Below are positions 18,928-26,543 of a DNA stretch of 64,000 nt, piece by piece (the stretch's first letter is position 1; every line of letters starts with the position of its first letter). The position numbers and the translations under genes were made by a program. The notes under the pieces are model-generated. The model had not been told where the DNA came from and did no database searches. It was given only the letters and a program-made list of their open reading frames with translations. Source of the DNA: Thermofilaceae archaeon (GTDB lineage: Archaea > Thermoproteota > Thermoprotei > Thermofilales > Thermofilaceae); assembly GCA_038727095.1 (NCBI GenBank), contig JAVYWK010000006.1, positions 11,235-75,234 on the forward strand, written 5' to 3'.

Positions 18928-20173
18928 AGAGGTGGGGCGCGTACATGATCGCTAGCAGCCACGCGAGCCAGACCGCGCCAGCACATAAGGGTAAGTAAAG
19001 TGGCAGGAGGTGTGGTCTGCCTTCCCTCGCTCCTGCGGTGGCGGCTGCCAGCGTCAGTGAGACAGTGGCGAGGATGGGGTCGATCCACTCCCTCAGCTCG
19101 TACACTCCGACGCCGCTGATACCCGTCCTAGCGAGCCACTCCCCACCCCCCTCTCCCGCAGCCAGGATGGCTCCCGAAGAGATGACGACTGCGTAGATCG
19201 CACCGACGATCGCCGCTTCAACCACCGCGTAAACCAGGAAGACCCTCGTCTTGCTCCTCAGCCGACTCACGAACTCCAGAACCTGGGACATGTACTCCTC
19301 CAGCTTCCTCAAGTTCTCGTAACCACCATGTAAGAGAACCTGCCACAAGCCCAGGGTAGCGGCCCTGGCGAAACCCTTCCACTCCGGGCTCAGCAGGTCC
19401 TCGGGATCCTTGATCAACCCCTCCCTAACGAGGGCGTAGTAGGGGTTGCCCACAGCCCTAGCCGCTACCCTCACTATCTCCCTCGCTTTCTCTAACTTTC
19501 TTAACTCGGCCCGGGAGTGGTAGAGGTGGAGCACCATCGTTGGAAGAGAGCCCACTGCTAGAGCCAGTGTTAAGGGCGCCTCAAGCCCCAAATAAGCGAA
19601 CATGAAATAAAGGGGGAGCGCAGCGAGCATGGGCAGGTAGGTGCGCCAGGGCGGCGAAGGTACACCGTACTCCCAGGGGAAGATCACCACGCCCGCGAGG
19701 AGCGCCAGCATCAGGCCCACCACAGTCAAGGCGAGAGCGGTCGAAGCTGCCCCACCTCCGATCAGGGCCACCGTCGCCACTATCGTGGCGGGCACCGTGC
19801 TCGTGAAGGTGGAGACGAGGCTGTACAAGTTAGAAATGTTGTAGTCGGCCGTTTCTAACGTGGTCCTCAGCTCCGCCAGCACATCCCTCAACTTCTCCTC
19901 CAACGCTGAGCGGCTGCCGGAGCGTTGAGTCTCGACGGCGGCGTTCAGCACCTTCTTCATCTTGTCGGACAGGCCGTCCAGCTTCGCGTCCCCCGAGTAC
20001 AGCATCTCCGGCTCCGGTAGGTAGTCGAAGCCGTAGCGGCGCACCTCCTTCAGCGTGGTGAGGGGTAGCTGCGGTGAGGAAAGCATGACTAAAGCGAGGG
20101 GCACGGCGTCGCTCTCGCTCCTAAACCATGTGGGGAGCGAGAAGCTACCTCCGGTAATCTTCCGCTTGGCCAC
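18917..20173 (-). CDS. Type IV pilus membrane platform protein (TadC/ArlJ/GspF-like)
   Basis: Two soluble helical domains, each followed by TM clusters (the duplicated T2SSF layout); adjacent to pilins and near the secretion ATPase. Confidence 0.7.
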   Translation of the reverse strand: MAKRKITGGSFSLPTWFRSESDAVPLALVMLSSPQLPLTTLKEVRRYGFDYLPEPEMLYSGDAKLDGLSDKMKKVLNAAVETQRSGSRSALEEKLRDVLAELRTTLETADYNISNLYSLVSTFTSTVPATIVATVALIGGGAASTALALTVVGLMLALLAGVVIFPWEYGVPSPPWRTYLPMLAALPLYFMFAYLGLEAPLTLALAVGSLPTMVLHLYHSRAELRKLEKAREIVRVAARAVGNPYYALVREGLIKDPEDLLSPEWKGFARAATLGLWQVLLHGGYENLRKLEEYMSQVLEFVSRLRSKTRVFLVYAVVEAAIVGAIYAVVISSGAILAAGEGGGEWLARTGISGVGVYELREWIDPILATVSLTLAAATAGAREGRPHLLPLYLPLCAGAVWLAWLLAIMYAPHLFAG

Positions 20174-20212
20174 AAGAACAGAAAAATATAATTTGATTTA
20201 AACCTTACCCTC

Positions 20213-20647
20213 TTAGGGGCTTACGACCTTGAAGCCCAGCGCGACTCTGCTGCCGCCCGGATCGACTCTTAGGCGAGCCGTGCAGGAGGCTCCATCGTTG
20301 ATCGTGGCGCTGAAAGTAGCCCTGCAAGATGCTGTCTGACCAGAGAGAGAACAGCTCAGACCAAATGTTGAAGGAGTAGGCGTTGAACCTACTTCGCAGG
20401 TGATCTCCTCGAGGGTGATGGAGGTGATCTGTAGCGCGCCCACGTTCCTAACGGTGAAGCTGACGGCGCAGGTGGATCCCGTGCAGGAAGCGTAGGCGCT
20501 CGTTACCTCTAGTACCGGCTGCTGAGTGGCAGCTCTAGTGCTGGTCCAGAGGAACCATGCTACCAGGCTGGCCGCGACGATGGACGCCACCACGACTAGG
20601 ACGGTGACGATCGGAGGGACACCGCCAAACCTCCTCACTCCCACCAC
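20213..20647 (-). CDS. Archaeal type IV pilin
   Basis: RRFGG/VPPIVTVLVVVASIVAASLVAWFLW, then F.VRNVG and a Cys-rich Ig-like head. Confidence 0.85.
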   Translation of the reverse strand: MVGVRRFGGVPPIVTVLVVVASIVAASLVAWFLWTSTRAATQQPVLEVTSAYASCTGSTCAVSFTVRNVGALQITSITLEEITCEVGSTPTPSTFGLSCSLSGQTASCRATFSATINDGASCTARLRVDPGGSRVALGFKVVSP

Positions 20648-20649
20648 CC

Positions 20650-21111
20650 CTAGGGCCTGTAAGCTCTAAAAGCCACAGTAACTCCAGGCTGCTGGAATTG
20701 CACCTGGCAGCTAAGCGCATCCCCCTGAGGGCTTATCGAAGGGGGGCTAGACCCGGGGGAGATCGTGCAAGAAGTTGACGTACCCGCACTCAAAGTAAAC
20801 GAGGTACTTGAACCGCACGTGATTGCAATATTAGGCCCGGAGGCCGCCCAACCTGTGAAACCGTCGCAGAAAACAGAAACACTAGCGGTACTTAGCGTAA
20901 CGGAGGTTGAGCCTACGTTCCTTAGCGTGAATGTGATCCTCCAGTTGCTGCCCGAGCCCACGTAGTAGGCGTTGGTTACTTCGAGGATGGGGGTTGAGGT
21001 CGCCGTTCTAGTGCTGGTCCAGAGGAACCATGCTACCAGGCTGGCTGCGACGATGCTAGCTATAGTGACTAGGACGGTGACTATAGGCGGTACTCCACCC
21101 TTCCTCCTCAT
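20650..21111 (-). CDS. Archaeal type IV pilin
   Basis: MRRKGG/VPPIVTVLVTIASIVAASLVAWFLW, then FTLRNVGS and L.AG.S; Ser/Thr-rich head. Confidence 0.85.
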   Translation of the reverse strand: MRRKGGVPPIVTVLVTIASIVAASLVAWFLWTSTRTATSTPILEVTNAYYVGSGSNWRITFTLRNVGSTSVTLSTASVSVFCDGFTGWAASGPNIAITCGSSTSFTLSAGTSTSCTISPGSSPPSISPQGDALSCQVQFQQPGVTVAFRAYRP

Positions 21112-21161
21112 CGACTTAAAAAACATTCTGTTATTTTTATTCCTTTCGCCGCGTGAGGCTT

Positions 21162-21497
21162 TCAGGAGCGGGTTAAAGCGTCGAGAAGCTTCTCCTCCAG
21201 CTCCCCGATATCTTCCGCCGCTACGAGCCGGGCCCTCCCGCGCGGAGGAGGGACGCTTGGCGCTCCGCCTAGAACCGCTATCACCACGTCCTCTCCCACG
21301 TCGAGGGCTTTAGCGAGCTCCGCGAGCAAAGCTGAAGGTTCGGCGTGCGTCAGGGAGACGTAGACCCTGCGCCCCCTCCCCTCGACGGCAAGGTCGAACT
21401 CGTGCAAGTAGCCGCTAAAACCCCTCACCTTACCCTCAATAACAGCGAAGCCTGCGGCCTCCATCACCCCCCTGATCCCCCTCTCAACTTCCTCCAC
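21162..21497 (-). CDS. Degenerate PD-(D/E)xK restriction-endonuclease-like fold protein
   Basis: VRGFSGYLHEFDLAV resembles the Mrr-like G.SG..h.fD motif, but the E-x-K position reads VYVSL. Confidence 0.5.
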   Translation of the reverse strand: MEEVERGIRGVMEAAGFAVIEGKVRGFSGYLHEFDLAVEGRGRRVYVSLTHAEPSALLAELAKALDVGEDVVIAVLGGAPSVPPPRGRARLVAAEDIGELEEKLLDALTRS

Positions 21498-21868
21498 CGC
21501 TCCCACCCCTGCTTGCCTTGACGATGGGGGCTTTTGATGTTGCACTTACCGCTGCAGCCTTTCTGCGCCCCCTTTTCCCGGTCTTGGCGAAGACCAGTAG
21601 GCTGCGGCTGTGGGGGAGCACCTCGACGCCCTCCACCCAGTACCCCCTGCTCTTCCTCCTCGCGTAAACCCTCACCAGCCTATACCCGTTGCTCCTGCAG
21701 ACCTTGGAGACGAGGTCCAGGATACGGGGTAGGTTGCTGGGTCCTAGGCCGGTCGCCCGCATCAGCTCCGATGGGGGGGACGGTGAAGAAGCGGCCCCGG
21801 GCCCTCTCAGCCCTCCCCCGCAGGACGGCTTCAACCGCCCTCTCCGGGTCTACGGGCTTCCTTGCCAC
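21484..21868 (-). pseudogene. Probable small HTH/wHTH DNA-binding protein gene interrupted by a +1 frameshift at a C7 tract
   Basis: GTG 21868 to stop 21484 spans 385 nt (3n+1). Removing one C from the run at 21773-21779 joins the two listed ORFs into one 127-aa protein (...FFTVPPSELMRATGLGPSNLPRILDLV...). Confidence 0.65.
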
Positions 21869-21957
21869 AAAGGTTAGGCTGCAAACTATTATTTATTTCT
21901 ATCGTCGAGTTGGGCATAATAAACATCAGGTGCAAGCCTCCCGTGGAAAGCATTCAG

Positions 21958-22869
21958 GTGAAAGCCTCCCGGCTGCTGAAGGTCTTAGAGGAGAGGATCC
22001 TGGAGCTGGAGCACGGTACATCTGCAGCCAGGATCGCGGCCATCTGCCTGAGGCACGGCGTTCCACCCCTCTCTCTGAGAAGGGCCCGGATAGAGGGGGT
22101 GGTGCTCAGGATAGGCTCCCGCTCCATCCCCTTGAGCGAGATGGATGCAGTAGTGCTGAAGCCGTGGGTTGGCAGCCCTCAGGGGTTGAGGACCATGGCT
22201 TACCACACGCACAAGGTGCTGAAGGATTACGGGTTGAAGGTGTACGACGTCCACCTGCTGAGGAGGATCGCTGAGGGCAAGCCACCCCGCAGGATCCCCC
22301 TCAGGCTGCTAAAAGCCCTCGAGCAGCTGGAGCACTTCAGCAAGGAAGAGAAAAAGAAAGATCGATTTTATTCGAACTCTTTGTTTTTACGGCTTTGCTA
22401 CGGCGAAGCTGGTCTGGTAGCCGTCCCTGGTCTGCAGAGTCGCGAGAGCGCCATCAGGGAACTGGTCGAGGTCCACGTTGTCAGCGGTGTAGACGAGGGA
22501 GATGCTGTCACCGGGGGCCAGCTTCAGGCTTGCCCCCGTCACGATCGAGGTTGGGCTCCCGAACGTGATACCCGCCTTAGTCTTGTTCTGCACGATTACG
22601 ATAGAATTAGTGAGGTTCACGTCAGCCGTCCCGTCGTTCTTGAAGGTGACCCTGAGCTGCACCCCATTCTGGGTGGCGTAGAGGGTGGGCTGCCCGATGA
22701 CCGTCAGGGAGACCTGCCTGACGCCCCTAGCGGTCGTAGAGTAGATGAAGTAGGCTGCCAGGGCTGCGGCAACGACGGCTGCGATAACGATTATGACGGT
22801 CACGATTGGCGGCATCGCACCCCTTCTCTTCATCAACTCTCACTGCGTACGACCACTATTTATTCTTAA
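21958..22869 (+). CDS. Degenerate tyrosine-recombinase-like protein (only the first ~130 aa look genuine; the rest is antisense to a pilin gene)
   Basis: IAAICLRHGVPPLSL, RSIPLSE...LKPWV and KDYGL...VHLLRR resemble Int box I, patch III and the H-x-L-R box, but the catalytic Arg and Tyr are missing. Confidence 0.45.
   Translation: MKASRLLKVLEERILELEHGTSAARIAAICLRHGVPPLSLRRARIEGVVLRIGSRSIPLSEMDAVVLKPWVGSPQGLRTMAYHTHKVLKDYGLKVYDVHLLRRIAEGKPPRRIPLRLLKALEQLEHFSKEEKKKDRFYSNSLFLRLCYGEAGLVAVPGLQSRESAIRELVEVHVVSGVDEGDAVTGGQLQACPRHDRGWAPERDTRLSLVLHDYDRISEVHVSRPVVLEGDPELHPILGGVEGGLPDDRQGDLPDAPSGRRVDEVGCQGCGNDGCDNDYDGHDWRHRTPSLHQLSLRTTTIYS
22387..22833 (-). CDS. Archaeal type IV pilin (likely major pilin, own promoter and terminator)
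   Basis: MKRRGA/MPPIVTVIIVIAAVVAAALAAYFIY, then TFKNDGT and LAPGDS; AATAAATA box upstream and a T-rich tract downstream (~22345-22360). Confidence 0.88.
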   Translation of the reverse strand: MKRRGAMPPIVTVIIVIAAVVAAALAAYFIYSTTARGVRQVSLTVIGQPTLYATQNGVQLRVTFKNDGTADVNLTNSIVIVQNKTKAGITFGSPTSIVTGASLKLAPGDSISLVYTADNVDLDQFPDGALATLQTRDGYQTSFAVAKP

Positions 22870-23032
22870 TCCCTGTTCCTTCCCTCAACCTGAGGAGCTC
22901 GATCGCTCCCTCATCGTCGAAGCCGTACACGCTGAGAGCAGCGTACACCCCCCTGCGGAGCTCCTCCAGATCCCCGTCGTCGAGAGCGGAGCTGCGAGGC
23001 TTCTCCCGCGCGAAGAGAGACTCGCTTAGCAC
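22856..23032 (-). CDS. Small hypothetical protein (58 aa, below the ORF track cutoff)
   Basis: Manual translation MLSESLFAREKPRSSALDDGDLEELRRGVYAALSVYGFDDEGAIELLRLREGTGIKNK; AATAAATT box 21 nt upstream of the GTG. Confidence 0.55.
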   Translation of the reverse strand: MLSESLFAREKPRSSALDDGDLEELRRGVYAALSVYGFDDEGAIELLRLREGTGIKNK

Positions 23033-23083
23033 AAGGTTAGTGAGAAAACTTTGAATTTATTCTTTTCTCGTTAGTCGTGGGGG

Positions 23084-23326
23084 CTAGCCGATGTCGATGA
23101 AGATGGACTCCATCTCTTCAACCGCCCTGCTCAACCCCCCAGCTTCACCGCTCCCCCTCCTCCCCGGCAGGAGGCTCCTAGCCCCTCTTCCGGCTTTCCT
23201 CGCCTGCTTCTCCCTCCTCTCAGCCTCCTTCACTGCTGCCTTAGCCGCCTTCCTCATCTCCTCGATTTCCCTTTTGAGCGGATCCTCCTCTGAGGCGAAA
23301 CCGAACAGCCTCCTCAGGCTCTCCAT
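23084..23326 (-). CDS. Small charged helical hypothetical protein
   Basis: Start overlaps the ATPase stop (TGATG), with a GGAGGTG SD. Confidence 0.65.
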   Translation of the reverse strand: MESLRRLFGFASEEDPLKREIEEMRKAAKAAVKEAERREKQARKAGRGARSLLPGRRGSGEAGGLSRAVEEMESIFIDIG

Positions 23327-24870
23327 CAGGACACCACCTCCTCCGGGACGATAGGTTCCATCCTCTCGAAGGGTACGCCGTCAACTCTCGCTCCGAGCCC
23401 TTGCTTGATAACCCCGTACACCTTCTCGGCTTCGCTCGCGCCCTCGAGCGAGAGCTGCAGCTCCGGCGGGAGCATCTGCAGGAAGTCCTCCTCCGGCAAG
23501 TACCGCCCAGCCTTGTAGACTGGCACGAAGCCCCTCGCATCTACCACATACACCGCCTGCACCCCGCGCTGGATCCCGCCCTCCGACGACACCGTTTTCC
23601 CGCAGACCACCCAGACTCTCACGGCGTCCAGCACTGAAGCTTGGAGCCCTGTAGCTTGTATGAGCGTGTTCAACCGCTTCAGCGCATCGCCCAGCTCCCT
23701 GCTGTGCGCAGTCGTCAGAACGGGGATGCCGCTGCCGGCCGCCTCGAACCAGCTCGGCACCTCCTCGCCCCTCAGCTCCCCCACTACCAGGAGGTCCGGC
23801 CTGTCGTAGCGCCGAGTTGCCCTAATGTTGGCCGTCACGCTCCTGTCACCGAAAGAAAAGTACGAGATGACGTTCGGTCCCCGGACTTGCGTAGCCACCT
23901 CAGGCTCCTCCTCAACGATGCTGACCCTCAGTCTGGGCCACAGGCCCAAGATGGTGCTGAGAACACCTATGAGAGCGGTGGTCTTGCCAGAGCCCGGGGG
24001 GCCGACGAACGTAATGCTGTTAGGCGAAGCGGCTAGTGCAACGAGCCTCGCTAGGAGCAATGGCTCGGCCTTGAACGGCTCCACTTTAACAACCCTGGCA
24101 GCGGAGATCTGCCAGCCCCCGGCCAGCTGCGGCAGTGCGAGGTTCACTCGCCACCCCCTGAACTCGCCGCTGTCCTGAGGGTTCCTCTCGGACAACGGGA
24201 TCCCAGCCTCGATCGCGATGCGCTGGACCAGCCTCTCCACCAAGAGCTCCCGGGGCAGCTCGATGGTGTAGCGCCTCCCCTCGATGCCGGCCGTGATGTG
24301 GACCTCCCCGTCCAGCTCCCTAATGAAGATCTCCTGCGTCCCGGGGTAATCCACTAAGGGTTCCAGCGGCCCCCACGCCCCCTCCCTCTCCGCGTAAACC
24401 CTCACCACGCCGTCACCTATGATCAGGTAGCCCGACGGCACCCTGACGGGACTGCCGGCGATGGGGGGCAGCGGAACTTCAGCCCCCTCCAGCCTCCCAG
24501 CCTCGCGGAGCCTTACTCGCGGAACGCGCCACACCCTCCTGAGCGCGGGGGCAAGCCTGGGATGCCTCACCGCTTGAGCTGGCGTCCCCACCGGTTCTGC
24601 CTCAGGTTGAACCGCTTCAGCTTGCGCCTCCATTGCTTCGGGCTGCAGTCCCGTTGTTGCCACACTTTTAGCGGCGCCCGCGCTCGAAGGGGCAGGCCGC
24701 GCTGCGGATATTAGCTCCACCTCCTCTGCACCACGCTCCCCCTCAACACTGGGAGGAGGAGGTTGAATTGGAGGCTTCATAGAGATGATCTCCCCTTCAG
24801 AGGCTACGCCTAGCTTGTGATGGGGAACCTCCTCGGGCTTGATCTTCAGCTTCACTTTGGTTAGCGGCAT
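23326..24870 (-). CDS. Type II/IV secretion (pilus assembly) ATPase, TadA/VirB11 family, with low-complexity N-terminal extension
   Basis: Walker A GPPGSGKTT, Asp box VEEEPE, RPDLLVVGELRG (Walker B) and His box TTAHS. Confidence 0.92.
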   Translation of the reverse strand: MPLTKVKLKIKPEEVPHHKLGVASEGEIISMKPPIQPPPPSVEGERGAEEVELISAARPAPSSAGAAKSVATTGLQPEAMEAQAEAVQPEAEPVGTPAQAVRHPRLAPALRRVWRVPRVRLREAGRLEGAEVPLPPIAGSPVRVPSGYLIIGDGVVRVYAEREGAWGPLEPLVDYPGTQEIFIRELDGEVHITAGIEGRRYTIELPRELLVERLVQRIAIEAGIPLSERNPQDSGEFRGWRVNLALPQLAGGWQISAARVVKVEPFKAEPLLLARLVALAASPNSITFVGPPGSGKTTALIGVLSTILGLWPRLRVSIVEEEPEVATQVRGPNVISYFSFGDRSVTANIRATRRYDRPDLLVVGELRGEEVPSWFEAAGSGIPVLTTAHSRELGDALKRLNTLIQATGLQASVLDAVRVWVVCGKTVSSEGGIQRGVQAVYVVDARGFVPVYKAGRYLPEEDFLQMLPPELQLSLEGASEAEKVYGVIKQGLGARVDGVPFERMEPIVPEEVVS

Positions 24871-24905
24871 GGCTCCACCCTTCCATCCGCTCTCATTACG
24901 TCCAG

Positions 24906-25307
24906 CTAGACGCCTAGGGTCCTGAGGACCTTCCTTGCAGCTCGCACCACTTCAAGGCGCCTCTGCCTCTCCTCTATCTCCTTCACCAGCCTCTGCTCCT
25001 CACCGTCCAGCGTCTGTGCATAGACTTTGAGCGATTCAAGCGGCCTCACGTCGTAGCCCAGCTCCTTCAGCGATTCAACCAGCTGAGCAAACGTAATGGG
25101 GTGCGGGACAGTGATGAACTCCTGCGGCCTCGCAGCCGTGGGTTGAGGGGGCTGCGGTGAAGCTGGGAGCGCGGTAGGCGCCTGAGGAGCAGCTGGCTGA
25201 GAGGCAGCTGGGGACGCCGGGGGGTTCGCTCCCTTCAGCCTCTTGTGCTCCTCGAGGAAGTCCCTAACCGGTATGTCCCTCTTCTCCCCACCCTTCTTCT
25301 CCTGCAC
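24906..25307 (-). CDS. Hypothetical protein with Pro/Ala linker and C-terminal coiled coil
   Basis: 133 aa; AATAAGTA box 21 nt upstream; directly precedes the ATPase. Confidence 0.65.
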   Translation of the reverse strand: MQEKKGGEKRDIPVRDFLEEHKRLKGANPPASPAASQPAAPQAPTALPASPQPPQPTAARPQEFITVPHPITFAQLVESLKELGYDVRPLESLKVYAQTLDGEEQRLVKEIEERQRRLEVVRAARKVLRTLGV

Positions 25308-25331
25308 GGAGTTATTGCGATACTTGAGTAC

Positions 25332-26015
25332 TTATTTCTTTCGGAGGAGAAGGTGGGCCAGCTTAGCTATGGCGGCGTCGAACTCGCCGCTCGTGTAGTT
25401 CAGGACCCTCAGCGTGCCGGGACCAAGCCTTGATACGGCCGGCTCGTAGGGTACAACGACGTAGTCTGCGCCAGCCTTTTTGCACCAGTAGGCCACGGTC
25501 TTCGAGTAGTAGTCGACCACGCTCTTCGGGTAGGGGCGGGGGCAGTTCAAGGCGACGACGACACGCTTATCAGCAAAAGTGAACAGCGAACCCTCAACGG
25601 AAGCTGGGTTTGGCTCTGTAACAACTAGGATCGAATCTGCCTCCAGAATTAGGGGAAGATAGCGGTCCACAGCGTCAACATCCGTTAAAGCGGGGATGTC
25701 TACCACGACTAGCGCGTAGCGCTGTAACCATGTGCGTAGAGCGTTTATTACCCGCTCTGGTGAGCGCAACGGGCCCCTGTTAACCGCAACTGTCAGCCTG
25801 AAATTGTCGTGCTCCACCTCCCTTAGGGATGCATCGGGATCATCCCTCAGGTAGGGAGGAGGGGTGTCACCCAACAAGTATACTGTAGCACCGCCCTCAC
25901 TGCTAGCATCAACGAGCAGAGTGGGGACGCTAGCAGCCGCCGTTACGGAAAGAGAAACAGCTAGGGTTGTTTTACCCGTGCCACCCTTGGAGCCGCTAAA
26001 CGTTACTATGAGCAC
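25332..26015 (-). CDS. parA: ParA/MinD family ATPase
   Basis: Deviant Walker A KGGTGKTT, LLVDAS, VVVDIPA, VVTEP and ALN; likely start GTG 26015. Confidence 0.88.
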   Translation of the reverse strand: MLIVTFSGSKGGTGKTTLAVSLSVTAAASVPTLLVDASSEGGATVYLLGDTPPPYLRDDPDASLREVEHDNFRLTVAVNRGPLRSPERVINALRTWLQRYALVVVDIPALTDVDAVDRYLPLILEADSILVVTEPNPASVEGSLFTFADKRVVVALNCPRPYPKSVVDYYSKTVAYWCKKAGADYVVVPYEPAVSRLGPGTLRVLNYTSGEFDAAIAKLAHLLLRKK

Positions 26016-26048
26016 GATTTCAAAGGATATTATAACTAATTTAAGCTT

Positions 26049-26104
26049 TACTCGGCGAGTATCGGGATAGTACAGCACCGTAGTAAGGATGCTACACCGT
26101 AGTA
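26049..26104. promoter_or_regulatory. Candidate operator/centromere-like site in the divergent parA-wHTH intergenic region
   Basis: Perfect palindrome TACTCG-G-CGAGTA (26049-26061) and direct repeat CACCGTAGTA at 26076-26085 and 26095-26104, between two TATA boxes. Confidence 0.45.
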
Positions 26105-26162
26105 CTAATATCGCTATGTTGTATATGGTAAACTTTATATATAGCTGCTGGCCATTTCGCTT

Positions 26163-26501
26163 GTGAGCGAAAAGAAAGGCTCAAACCCAAATGAGAATAC
26201 TGTTGATGATGAAATAGTAAAAGAATTAATTCTAAGTGGGCGCCATTCTCAGATGGTTGTGCTTGTATTTTTATATAAAGTTGGTAAAGCCACTTTGTCA
26301 GACATACAACGAGCTTTAACGGGAGGAAAGTATCGAGCTCAGTATAATTGGACCTTGAGTGTTATAAGCGAGTTAAAAAACTTAGATCTTATATATGAAG
26401 ATCAAATCTTTATTAAAGAAAAAATAAGAGTTAGATTATTTGATTTAACAGAAAAGGGTAGAAGGATAGCAAGAAAGCTCAGCGAGATCTTACAATTGTA
26501 A
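26163..26501 (+). CDS. Winged-helix (PadR/MarR-like, possibly AspA-like) DNA-binding protein
   Basis: VLVFLY...ATLSDI...VISELKNLDLI...RLFDLTEKGRRIA wHTH pattern; TTTATATA box upstream; directly upstream of parB. Confidence 0.8.
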   Translation: MSEKKGSNPNENTVDDEIVKELILSGRHSQMVVLVFLYKVGKATLSDIQRALTGGKYRAQYNWTLSVISELKNLDLIYEDQIFIKEKIRVRLFDLTEKGRRIARKLSEILQL

Positions 26502-26543
26502 CGCCATAGAAATTTTAAAATACTCCCGCGCCTTTGCCCACCG

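Noticed and set aside
22350-22869. C-terminal part of the 335-aa plus-strand ORF as real coding sequence
   Set aside because: It is the antisense shadow of the pilin gene 22387-22833 and its terminator.
22948-22953. Second homopolymer frameshift (C6 run)
   Set aside because: Recounting shows AGG GGG GTG is in frame, so the 58-aa ORF is intact.
18917-24870. Archaellum operon
   Set aside because: No ArlH/F/G-like genes or archaellin N-terminal motif; the pilins are of the adhesive T4P type.
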